From Amoebophrya sp. A120 (taxonomy: Eukaryota > Protista > Dinoflagellata): a DNA stretch of 64,000 nt. The stretch's first letter is position 1; each line of letters begins with the position of its first letter. The position numbers and the translations under genes are program-made. Below, piece after piece: positions 1 through 12,500 of this stretch. The stretch covers positions 926,004 through 990,003 of the forward strand of contig CAJINV010000012.1 in assembly GCA_905178155.1 (NCBI GenBank), read 5' to 3'. A model generated the notes under the pieces. It saw only the letters and a program-made list of their open reading frames with translations, did not search any database and had not been told where the DNA came from.

Positions 1-1936
1 TAGATGCTGTCGCGAAACAAGTCTGGATTTCCACCTGCCTGCTCCGGTCGCAAATTCAGACTCACCAGCCGGTTGATGTCGCTAACCTGCATTCATCCGC
101 CCCTACTTGGAGAAACAAACACCAAATCAGTGTGGTCTAGCAGGTACTACATCGACCAGGCGCACCAGTCGAGGCAATGGCAATGCCAATAGATATGCAT
201 GTAACTATATCAATATTTAGCCTAGTATAGAAAAGTAAATAAGTTGCTCGCGATGAAATTATGCCTTTCTATTATTATTATCGAAGCCACAGGTGATGCC
301 GACCACTGTGCACAAACATCGCACGCACAAGGGGCCCATTGGATCTCAGTGCATGGTAGGATCTGTCACGGCAGGATCTCTCGCACCCGGAGTAGGTGCT
401 CTTTCGGTCCCTCTCTCCTATCCCTAGGAGTGCCCTCACGGCTCGGAGGCGCGTCGGACGTAGTGCCTCGCGAACACCAACACCTCCCCACGACTGCCGT
501 TGATTTTCGTCCGATTTGGAATTGCGCTGCGTAGCCACAGCAAGCATTTGCATGTCTGGGGGCGCTCAACTCGTGGGCGGTTGTGCGCCGCCAGTGTGTT
601 GCTGTGTGGCCGTTTCAGTGGTGCCACAGGGCTCGCCTGTCGTGGCGCGCTCTTCATATTACCGACCAACCGGGTGGCCGCGCACTATCAACGGTCGGCG
701 CTATAATTCTCGGTATGGGCTTGGCCGAGCTCGGATAAGGGGCGGCATCCGGGAGGGTGGGGTGGCCAGCCATCTGGGTGGCTGCGCTCCCCTAACGGTA
801 GCGCAGCTGCGCTCGTCGGCGGTGCCACTCGGCTTGCTGCCCGGTCGTGTCCCGCGGTCGCGCGAGGTGCAGCCGCGGCACCCGAGTGGCAGGACACAAT
901 CAGCACAGCGGCGGTGTGCCTTTTTGTTGCGAGCCTGCGAAGTAGCGCAAGCGCATGGGCCAGGGAGCTGCTTGCTGCTCTCCGCAGAACAACAAGGCCT
1001 GCGCGTATATATGGTCTTCTACTAGGTGACATCATGAGAGGCGTCGGCCCTCATTCACTGGGGCCACTCTTTCAACCTACCAGATCTACTAACCGCTTGC
1101 CCTGATAAGCATGCGGCCTGCTTCTCCCCACGTTACGACCGGGAGATCTCCTCAGGCGACGGCCTTCACAGGAGGTAAATTATGCCTTTCTAGACGAGCT
1201 TGCTCCAACTCATCCTCACAGCCTGAAAGCCTCGCTGGCGAGAACAACAACAAAAAGAGCTCGGCCTGGGGGCAGTCGGAGCATTATTTGCGTCAAGAAA
1301 GAGGTAAATCGCCCAACTACAAAATTTCGTTTGCAAGTTGTAATCTGCACAAAATTATAGCTCTGCGCTTGCCAACTTGTCAAACTTCAAGAATAGTAAA
1401 TGTGTCTACTGACACTACTACGTAGCAACCCTAAAATGACAACAGATCCTCGGACGCGGCACTAGAGATAGCTCCTGCTACGTACTGGCGCTACGAAGAT
1501 GAGGCTGTTGCGTCTTTATAGGCGTATGAAAGATAACTTGGCTGCCTTATTCCTTTTTCTTGAAGATTAAAGCTGTTGCTCTACCCAATCTATAGTCATG
1601 GCGTCAAAAGAACACGTGTAGCAAGGCAGATGTAGGTAAATCCTTTTTCCAGATCATGCACAATGTAGGTAAATAAAAGTAGATGTAAAGTAGTACGTGA
1701 GGAGGCTCCTTCAGTCTTCGGCGTAAGGCTTCATATACATATTGCTCCTGTAGCTTGGAATCTACTAGCAGAGTAGAGTCCTTGTTTATGTTCCTTTCCA
1801 GACAGTTCGGATTCTAAGCACCATGATCGGGTGCTGTGCGCTTCCGCTTTCTCTCATTTTTTCAATATCTTTCAGACGAGACGTGCCCGGCAATTTGATT
1901 TATGTGCCCGCGCTACCCATAATTGGCAGGCCAAAC

Positions 1937-2470
1937 TTATTGATTTCCCGACCAGCAGGCACGATGCCACTGCGCAAACGGCGTCCACACATTCCAGCAC
2001 CATGCCGGGACCTTGATCGCACCCGGTTCCATACCCGCGTCATCCCCTTCTTTGCGGCAGAACAGAAAGCGGCCGGGAAACGAGTAGTCCGGGTACGTCC
2101 ACACGTAGCATTGGTTCCCCTGACTATCAACTGCGCGCTCGCAGTCGCGCGCCTTTTTCGGGATCCCGCCGAAAAACGAGCCGCGGAAACCGAACGCAAA
2201 CGCCGAGGCGAGGTAGTGCCCTCGCGTGACCGTTTCATCAAACTCGCGGCAGTCGTTCACCTGCAAAGATTCAGACGTAGACGTGGGCACCGGCTTCGGC
2301 ATTGTACCATCATCGTCAACCTCTTGCTCCTTCTTCGTCTTGTGCACCAGGGTGGACACCATCACTCCCGTCACCCCCAGCGGGGAAATGAAACCGCCGG
2401 CATATTTTTCGCCGCCAAGAACCAGGAAGGTCGCGGCCATGGAGAGCATTTTGTTGGTCTTCATTGTCAA
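1937..2470 (-). CDS. Small Cys/Trp-rich, possibly secreted hypothetical protein (177 aa)
   Basis: Single ATG-initiated ORF with a weakly hydrophobic N-terminus (MLSMAATFLVLGG) and 6 Cys in the C-terminal part. No family recognised. Confidence 0.45.
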   Translation of the reverse strand: MTMKTNKMLSMAATFLVLGGEKYAGGFISPLGVTGVMVSTLVHKTKKEQEVDDDGTMPKPVPTSTSESLQVNDCREFDETVTRGHYLASAFAFGFRGSFFGGIPKKARDCERAVDSQGNQCYVWTYPDYSFPGRFLFCRKEGDDAGMEPGAIKVPAWCWNVWTPFAQWHRACWSGNQ

Positions 2471-3106
2471 GAAGCGCGTTTTTTTTTTTTAATTCGTGCT
2501 CGAATTTTTGATCTTGCGTAGGAGCGCGAGGAAGAGGTGGATTCTTCTCTACTACTACTACTACTACTACCAAATTTGAGTTATATTCTATCTATCGAAT
2601 CAGAATAGAAAAGCGGGCAACGCTGAACGCGGGGGTTCGTTAGGTTTCTCCTGTAGTTTTTCGCAGACACGATTGGTGTTCTTCTGCTTGCAAGTATGTT
2701 TCTCCAAGTAGAACTGCGCCGAGGCGACAAGCAGTAGCAACACTGTCGCTAGACGGGCACCAGCACGGCGAGACTCTACTACACGACGACCGAGAGTGGA
2801 CTGAGTATCAGATTACAGACAGTGCTGAGAGGCAGTTGTTAATTTTTACTAGTTTCGAAATTCATTAAACCCGACATAGCTGACACGCCAGACCGAAGTT
2901 TCCAAGTTGGGTCGAACTTCGAGCAGCAGCTGTTTCGGACAACAAATCAAGCTACTCGACAGGTTGTAGGAAGCGCGACTCCTGGGCGTATAACCGACTT
3001 GAGATGTTGAGGACCGAGTTATTCGGAGTTCGCTTCTTGTGATATGAGAGCACCACGTTCGTCGACCGATTCGGAGTCCGCTTCTCCTGATTCTATCCAT
3101 AAGCTT

Positions 3107-3212
3107 GATTCTAGTGCCTTGATTCTACTCATTATTCTGATTGATTCTACTATACCGATTCCACTTGTGGTCTGATTCCATTAGTCTGATTCCGTTTGCT
3201 AAGTCTGATTCC
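3107..3212. repeat. Cluster of short (T)GATTC(C/T) motifs
   Basis: About 7 copies of GATTC, mostly as tgattcta or ctgattcc, within ~105 bp of non-coding DNA. Confidence 0.45.
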
Positions 3213-3525
3213 CTCCCTTACCATTTTTTATGCCAGTCCTGTAGTGTATTTAACAGAAAGTGAATCAATCTAGTGGGTGCTAGTCTGGTGTCATATTAAT
3301 TTCAAAAGCAACATCCACGACGTCGACGCCGAACAGTGACTCGCGAGCAACACGATCTCTTCTGCAGCACCGGCAGCGCTACATACTTCTGACTACTCGT
3401 ATTTATTTGGCTGTGGAGATACTATACGTAAGGTTGGAATCGCAGCTGCGGAAGGTGGAGCTCTGCTTCATCCACAACTTCTCGACAGACGACCCATCAT
3501 GATCTTTATCATCTTCAAGCTCCTT

Positions 3526-6500
3526 CTACAAGAAATTCCGTGCGTGTACTTTTTGTGGCTTTGAACGAACTGCATTGTTCTTGATGCACGCCAGTAAGCT
3601 ATCTTGATCTTGCTCCTCTTCTCCGATTTCTTGATCTTGAACGCCATCATGCGTTCCACTACTTTCTCGCTCCAATCCTCGTGTTCGCCCACTTCTGCCT
3701 TCTTCCCTCACCCCAGCTCCCCCGTCCGCCACACGGCCAAAAGTGCTGGCCGTTCCCATCGTCATCCCAATCGCCGGTAAAATCATCCCGAGACCCATCC
3801 CACTCGTGGCTAATGGGTGGATGTTCTGGTACCGGTCGTGGGCGAGCAAGTCGCTCGCCGCGCAGTTCAAGTGCTCGTACGCCCTACTGCCGCCGGACTG
3901 CACGCGGGAGATCTGCGCCGCTTGCTCGATCAGCATATGGGACTCTCAAGCGTTACATTCTCAACTGTTACGTGATTTGTCATGCAAATTTACCACCAAG
4001 ATCGCCGCGATTAAGCTGCTTCGCATGGCAAATCTTCGAAAGGCTAAACAGCATCAAATCTGTGCCAAATCTGTAATGCATAAGGCGCAATCTTCCCCCT
4101 TTCGCTTATTTTACCGCTCTTGCATTACAAATTCATGTAACAGTTGAGAATGTAACACTTGCAAACGCCATACAGCATCCGGGTGTCGTGCACTTTCGCG
4201 TCCATGGTGGTCGCGTCGGAGATCAGAGACTGGAACCACGCTAAAATCGAGGACACCATGAAGGAAAGCCCCGAGGTCGCCTCCGCATTGATGTTGCAAA
4301 TCGCCCGGTTTACCAGCTGCACGGTGTCCACGTCGAGAGCGACTTTGGAGGAGGATTCCGCTTTTTTCAAGTGTTCTAGCGCGTGTTTTAGGTGGAATAT
4401 GGGAGTGTCAGGATTGAAATCAACAATAAAGTTGAAATAGTATGGCTTGGGCAAAACGTTTATTTCGAGAAAGTTCAAAAATTTTTGTATGCATATTCTG
4501 CATGTAGTTAGTGTACGCATTGATTATTAATAATGGAGGATTAACTTGCATGATTGGTTGATTAGCATGACAGAAATGATAGGATAACTAATCTGATATA
4601 GCTAGTTAACCATAAGCTATGTAGCATTGTGGATTCGTGTGGGAACGGTCGCCAAACTCGAGCGGACTCCTCCTCCTCCTCATCGCCAGTTCGGATAGCT
4701 GTTTCTGCGGTTTCTCCATCCCAAGCCACCAAATGAGAGGCAACTGAAGGCACGACGTGCATGAACAGAGCGACCTTGTGCGAATGTGAACGTCCATGCT
4801 GTGCCTGTGAGTAGAGTTTTGAAATAAGATGTTGCGTAGCATGTTCCTGATAGAACAGAATCAATCTAGAAAACATATTGAGAAACAGAAAGAACAAATG
4901 ACGTAAGCTCTAACGTGAGAAAGAGATGTTTTTTTTTCCAGAGAAAGCGCGAGGGCTCACCGATAATTTGTTGCTTTCCCGGGTACAATGCACGAAAGAA
5001 AGAGCGTAGTTGTGATCAGATATCTTCTTGTCATCTTTTCATCTTTCGTCTTTGTTTTTGCTGGTTCAAATGCGTCTTTCCAAAACACAACCGTAGGGCG
5101 AATGATTAAGACGACAACACAGACTAATAAACGAGTGCTACCACAAAATGCGGCTGGTAGCGACGGGTCTCTTATGGCTCGGAGGGCCTACCTCTCCAAT
5201 GACTCCGTGCACGACTGTCGACTTGGTTTCCCTGGGGACCACTGCGACGTGTTCGGTGAACAGCATGGTCGTTGCCGCGTCCGGTAACGGGAAAGACGAC
5301 CCCAATGGTTTCGAGGACCGGTTCCGTAACTCCCTCCGCAACCTGGACCAGGGCGCGTTGCAGATGCGGACTCGTTTGATGCAGGAGCGGTTGGAGATGC
5401 TCGAAGCCATCCAGAATGGCAGTGTCATTCTATGAAAAGCAAACCTCTCTCTGATCATCCTACGTGTAGTTCTTTTGTCATGCTGGGGATGTTGAGTTTG
5501 TGTCTTGCAAGAACATCAAAAGGGCATGACGAGAGAGGTTTTTCCATAGCATAACTCTTGAACGACTTGCCCAACGCCCCCCTCGAACGCGGCATTGGCA
5601 GTACTTCGAGATCTACTCCTTCGAATACATTCCTGCTTTTTGTTTGCTCTGTAGGATGTTACTTGAACTGCAGCATTGATCTATATTTGCATGACAAGTC
5701 TGTATGTGCATTCGATTCAGCACTGTGCGTGTCCCTCAGTGTTGCAGTTCTTATATACATCCCACAACGCAAACAAAAACAGGCTGGCACCAGATTGGGG
5801 TTTCTGAGTGGTGTCGTCTCCTCAGCTGCATCGGTGGAATTCGTCTGTCTGTCTTACAAGCCCGTATTGTGGATGTCTCCCAAATTGAGTGGTTGTTCGA
5901 ACAGTTGGGTCTGTCCTTTCAGTGGCGGGTATAATTCTAACGCTGGTTTTTTGTCATGCAGAAAGGACGTTTTGATCATGCGGATACAGTGCTTTCCATT
6001 CTACCCACACATACACATTTGCACCAGCAAGAGGCACAGTCTTTGCGTTGAGTACGGGCTTGTCAGTACTAATCCATACAAAAATGACAAACAGATTCCC
6101 CGCGTCGATCGCCACCGTTCTCTGCGTATTTGCGCCCAGTTCTTGATCAACGAGCGCTCCCGCCAGGAGTGGCCCCGCCTGATTCAGATGTTGCCCTCCA
6201 AGCAGCAGCTCGACCAGAAGAAGTTGATGTCCATGCTCCCGCAGATGTTCGGTCCGCAGCCCCTCGCCCTCGGAAACGGTGCCTCTTCCAGCAGTTCCTC
6301 CGCGATTCCGATGGGGTATGCGCCCGCCACTCCGCATTCGCCGACGATGAGCCAGGTATCGATGTTTTCATATGATGAGAGTGATGTTTTTTCGTGTGTG
6401 AGACGACGTAATCTTTCCAATATTCGAAAACAGCAAAACTTCGCGCCGCAGGACTACTCGACGCAGGTCCCCACTGGTTCCGGCTCGCACGCGCAGTCCA

Positions 6501-9500
6501 TGTGCGAGCAGTTCATCTTGAGCATGCAGTCGAACGGGAACACGCAACCCGTGACGCAGCCGAACATGAACGGCCCCATCATCGCTCCGCCGCCCCCGGC
6601 TCCCACTTACACGTCCTCATCGTCGCCCCCGCCGACGATCTTTGACACCATGCCCCCCCAGGTACCGCCGCCTGGTACGACATGGGAGGTCGACGACGAA
6701 GGTGACACTGACGTCTACCAGGCCTCTGCCATCGCGGGTCACGGATTGGGCGTGCCCACGACCACCACGTCCTCCACCACCGACTTTTTCTCCCAGTTCT
6801 CTTCGGTGCAGGTCGTGCGCATGGAGTACACCCCGGCGGCCATTGCCGCGGAGCAGGAGGATGCGACCGCGGAGGATTCCGCGCCGAGTGATCAGGTGCG
6901 AATAGATGTTTCTTTGTATGGCAGTCGGTTATCCGCGTTGGTATGCTTCTGTAATGCGAAAGCCATGCTTTACCACCGGCGCATGATCATGTTGCCCGTG
7001 AGCGCCGTTTTTGGTTGAGCTTAATCTTAATGAGCCTGTACATGTATTCGCACAGGAACAAGGACTCATGATCGAGGACCCGGACTACTACGCCGAATTC
7101 GCGGAGGAGGACATCGCGAAGGCCAAGAAGATCCGGCGGGTCGAGGATGAGATCGCGGCCAAGGCGCAAGCCAAGTCCAAATCGAAGGCGAAGCCCAAGG
7201 CCAAGCCGATCCCGCCGAAGAAGCAGGTGTTCGCACCGAAGAAGATGCCCCGCTAGATGTGAGGACCTGTTTTTACGTTTTGTAGAAGCAGTCGACTCAG
7301 ATAGTGACTCGCTTTTGGAAATTTACAACAACGATTTACAACACCAAGAACTTCACAGCTTTGAAATTGCTTTACTTTAGTGAAGAGGAAGCGCACTCAC
7401 GAAACACTACTACCATTGATTTATTAGTTGACGCGGCTGTGCGCAAGATTACTACTGTTTCGGTCTCACAGAACTTACACTGCCCTTCGGGGTTTTTGGC
7501 GATACAAAACACCGCCCATACTAAAAACAATTACGAACTTCGACTGAAGAATACAAATTTTATGCAAAATAAATGCTGTCTTCGATGTCTTTCTTCGTGT
7601 TTTATGTAGAGCGACTATCTCGGAGTACTGTTTGACGAGTTTACCTCTAATAGCATGCGCCGTAGTTCTTATTTGTCTTTCGACAGTAAGACACAGAGAT
7701 CTTCCGGCCTCTTAGTGCCAATTTCCATTGTCAGCGATACAACGACGAGTCACAGGCTAGCAAGCAATGGAAGAGAAAGCAACACTGCTGATGCTTTTGT
7801 CATAGTACATGAACATACATACATGGGACGAGTGTCATAGAAGTGCAAGCTGTTGACTATGTGCTCCCCCGAGTAAACTTGTAAGTGGACTAAGTGGACA
7901 GAAGCAATGGCAAAAATGAAAAAGCACTGACGTAGAACGAAAGTACCTTTGTGCTCATCTGCTGTTCTGCACGTGATTGAACTGAAAACACAAGTCTACG
8001 CGGAATCGGTGTGGTATTATGTCGCGTCGAAAAAGAAGCACTACTCCGCCCGCAACGTCGGTTTTGATTATTTGAAGCGCGGGTCTCTGGGTGGGTTGTC
8101 GGTTGAATGATTTCTATTTGATGTAGATGCGCGCGCACGAATAGAAGAAGTAGTTGATATCCAAGGGGCGAGTGAAGCGCAAACCTGAGTGACTCCGAAA
8201 TTCCACCTACAGGCTCGCTTCACCTCGTAAGAGAGCTTCACCGTAATAGGAAACTCATGTAAACACCGCACACAGAGAGAAGTTGTAGTAGAGACCGAAC
8301 AGGATGAATCTGAACGGCGACAAGGCCGTCGTGAGCGGCCTTTTGGACCGTAACCAGGTCCAGGAGCGCGTGGAGAACCAGAAGTCGAAGACGAAGCGGT
8401 GGGATCACGTAGATCTCGACGGAGTTACCGGTCTTCCGATTTTCTGTATTCGCGGACTCTACCCGAGCCAGGGTGGAGTTGGTGCTTACCAGCACTCGAT
8501 ACCGTTGCGTCTGCGGCAACACCACCTCGTAGCGGACGCAGAGACGTTCACGCCCAAGGCTACCGCGAAGATGGTGGTATAGTTTGAATATCGCGTCTTG
8601 GGTCGTTGTCATGCAGCTATTGCGATGAAGATCATGACGCTCTACTTCATGTTGTGACTGCAATGGTAACCCGTTCTCCAAAAACAGACACACCTCCTTT
8701 ACTACCGCAAGATGGGTATGCACAACGCCGAGTGGACTCAGCTTATTCACGGGTGCGATTTCCGCCACATCATCGCGAATCTTCAGCACGGGAACATGGA
8801 GGACAAAGTGGAGGAGCTGCAGAACTGGTCGAAAAGCAAGCTCTTCAAGTACCGCATGGCAAACCTGGTGGAGAACAAGAAAAAAGAGAAGGTAATACAC
8901 GGTGGAAGTGCTTCACTTAGTTGCTCTTGTAGCGACAGCACTATCATGCAGGAGTAGATCACTACTCCGTCCGATTTAAACACAGCGTGCATTTTACCAC
9001 AATGACATCTTCAATAAAAACAAACTTTTAATGCCAGAAACTCTTCTTGATCGAGCATGGCGAATTCTGCGTCGCGGAGCGTATGCGATTCCGGAAACGG
9101 ACTGGAGCGCATAAGGACATCACCGCATTTACGGGCTGTGATATGAAGCCGCACGGACGCGGCCGGTATTTCCTCCACGATTTCGCCGCCCAACAGAAAA
9201 CGAAATGCTGCGGCACATTCGTATTAATTTTGTTTCATGTGACCACGTGCTCTTCTCATGCAGGCCTGGTTCCTGATGTCATGTGTCGAGTCTTCTTCTC
9301 CAAAAAACTTTCTCAGGTGCAATACACCGACATTGCGGAAGTTGCACCGCTGGCGCACGACGACGCCATCCGCCAGAAAGCGCTTCCACTGCGGAGGTGC
9401 AACACGGACTTGACGAACCCCTCGATTGAGCACGACGCTTCCGCACTGTCGGCTTTGAGTTTTCTCATGCACCTGTGCGAACTTTACGGTCAGGATGCTA

Positions 9501-12500
9501 CTCAGAAGATGTACACTCCGGCCGATACGCACTGGACGGACGTGGCGCTGGATCACTGGGGCGACGGCGACCTACAGCGGAATAAAATCCACATCTTCCC
9601 CATCATGGCATGTGACCAGGGCAGCCCGGAGGTGCGGTGCGCGCAAATCATCTTCACCATGCTGCAAGGCCACTACACCTTCGGACCCGCGCATTTTAGT
9701 AGTAATAGGGTGAAGAACTGCTGTCCCGAGGCGCGGGTGATTGCTGCCATGATCCGCAAGATGGAGCGTGGTCCATTTGGGACCTGCGAAAATCAGGGGA
9801 AGCTGAAAGGCGCTCTCGCATTTGCGCAGCAAGAATCAGTGCATCTCAAGGAGGACGCGAAAAAGCGACCACACGCTGATCAGCTGGTCGATGCGATGGA
9901 CGCGGCGGATCTGGAAGAGGCGCTGAAGATGATCAGTATTTTTTGCTGCTGCTTTCCAATGATGATCCTTCTAGACCTGCTGCGGAATCTCGTTACTTTG
10001 TGTCTAGTTTTCATCCCCCTCGTCAGGTGCCCCGGTTTAGTCCGCAATAATCTCACCATACCATCGCGCTTCATCCCCCTGGTGATCCCCATCGAGATCC
10101 CCATCAAGATCCCAACTTTTTATGCCCCCCCCCGGGACCCCTCGCGATCCCCCTTGAGTTCTGAATAGAATTTCTTCAACGTGTGGCTTTTCTGCAGCAA
10201 GTCGTCATGTCAGAATGTGCTTAATTCTCAGCCCGGTCGTAATTCTCGTTTGTCGTTGAAGCGGCGTTTTTATTTCCAACATATGAACATCAGATGTCTC
10301 CGGCTTTCATGGGACCGAATGCCGGTGGCGCCGCTTGATGATCACGATTGTATGATATGGAAAAGCGCTTTCCTCGTGGTTCAAGCAAACGAAAATGTAA
10401 TGCGTCAACACTGCAAATTTTATCAAGTTTTGTCATGCGGGGAAAGATCTGTTTTTCCATTTCATAAAGGCTGATGATGTTGAGCAAGAAGCAGCGGGCT
10501 CCGATGAAGTACTTGACGAAGTTTTTGTCTGACACCGAATACCACGATCCGAAGAAAATCTCCAATGAGGAGAAAAAGCGCATCGCGGCTAGCCGCTCGG
10601 GAGTCGCCTCGTATCAACCGAAGGAGGGAGCTATCGATATTGACGATAAGGATGAGGACGCGGAGGACAAGGACTCCGGCTGCCCGGCACAGTACAAGGG
10701 AACCGCAAAACCACTGCACGACAAGTTGTCCAAGATGGAGTTGTGCAAGATGCGGTGCGGATACGACCTCTGCAAGCCCGCCTGGGACTACTTCAACTGG
10801 TTGCGGATGTTTCATCAAAACAGCGCGAAGAACGGCTTGCGGATTTCCGATCCGATCTTTCAGAACTTGTCCAAAATGTTCGTCGGGTGGAACTGCGATT
10901 TCTTCGACAAAGACCACTACTCTCCAGTCGAATTCAATACACTGCAGGCCGTGTACCGCAGCAGAACCTGGCGTGTCCAGTTCTACGAAACAATCAAAAC
11001 GCTCCGGAAGTCGAAGTTGCACCGTGAGCGTGGCTTCCCGGTGATCAACAGAATCATCCTCAAATGGTACGAGGAAAACATGGACTTGCAGTTCGGCGTC
11101 TGGGAGCAGATGGCCAACAAAAAAATGACCATCCAGCTCGCCGACATGGAGCGGGTTTTCGAAGCGGCTTCGTTTCCGATCTCGGCTTCCGCGAAAACGG
11201 CGATGCAGGCGTGGCACCAAAACAAGTGCAATCTGGTCGAGGATTTCGCTTTCGAAAGTAACGCCCCGAAGAGTGCGATGGAAGAGGATGCGGAACAGCA
11301 GTTCAAAATGACGCACTACATGAAAACGATGGCGGACCCGGGGGAGAACTGTATGTGGCGCCGACAGTGCCAGCGGGCGATTGCCATCCAGCACCACGGT
11401 CATTTTTTACCGCCGTTGCGGCTCAAGCAGGCCGGCACAATCAACGATCTACCAGCGGAGGACTACGCGAAGATCTTCTGCATCTCCCGCAACCTGCATG
11501 GCGGTAACGCCCCCGGAAACAATTGCAACGAGGTGCATGTCAACAACACCCGCCAGGAGAAGGCTACCCATGCTGGTACGGAGGATAAATTCCACACCAA
11601 GCGGCTCACCGAGATGCTCCTCCAGCTGGAAACGTTGTACAAAAACCGCAGGTCGCTGCAGTTTCCCGCTACGCAGATCATCCAGCCCATGTACAACAAG
11701 GACTTGGGAGTCAAGGGCGCCACGACGTTGGGCTACCGCGGCGGGGAGGTGGAGGCGATCATCGACGGGGGGATTTCTTCCCAACACGAGCGAAAAGCGC
11801 ACGAGCGGTGCTCCGTGACTTTCTGGCATTCCGCCGACATGGCGCAGAAACTGCAGGAAGAGGGTTGTTTAATCGTCCAGCACATGGTGACGCACAGGCA
11901 CGGCGCTGTTACGGGGCAACACCTCGGAAAGGCCGTCGGTTTTTACCTCATCATCTGCCCGCACACGGAGAAACTGAAGGCCTTCGCTCCGGATGAGTTG
12001 CACGAGTCCCGGTTTTTCTGCGCCGCGCCGTCGCAGCTGCGGTGGTTAGACGCGAAATTCTTGGCGCCGGACATGTGTGAGTGCCCGCTCTATTTCGAGA
12101 TTCCGATGGGACCATGGATCGAGCCAGTCGACATCGTTCTGGAGAAGTTCCTCGACCTCACCGTCGACGAACAGTACGCGCTGACGAAGGACACCGTCAA
12201 AGAATTCCCCAAGTTGTCGAAGTTTTACTGGTCGCGGATGCCGGAGACGGCGCGGAAGAAGGCGTATCGCTACGCCTACGAAGGCGGGTTTGCGCAGCGA
12301 CACATGGACGAGATCGAGAAGAGGTGCAAACCGAAACTGATCATATTCGGCAAGGACGGCGACGAGTTCCGGCGGGAGCAGCAGCAGAACAAGGTGGACG
12401 AGTTAGCCGAACAAGCTGCCAATGATAAGCGGGTGCACCAGGAACAGGTGAATAAGCGGGACTCGATGACACCAATGCAAAAATCACTACTATCTCATCT

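Noticed and set aside
1-1500. Possible retroelement end or gene in the GC-rich start of the window
   Set aside because: No recognisable domain, terminal repeat partner or TSD within the window.
5558-6093. N-terminal part of the 486-aa ORF 5558-7018
   Set aside because: TTG start, intron-like composition and an AG acceptor near 6093 indicate read-through of intronic sequence.
10462-11403. 313-aa minus-strand ORF
   Set aside because: Antisense shadow of the candidate transposase exon.
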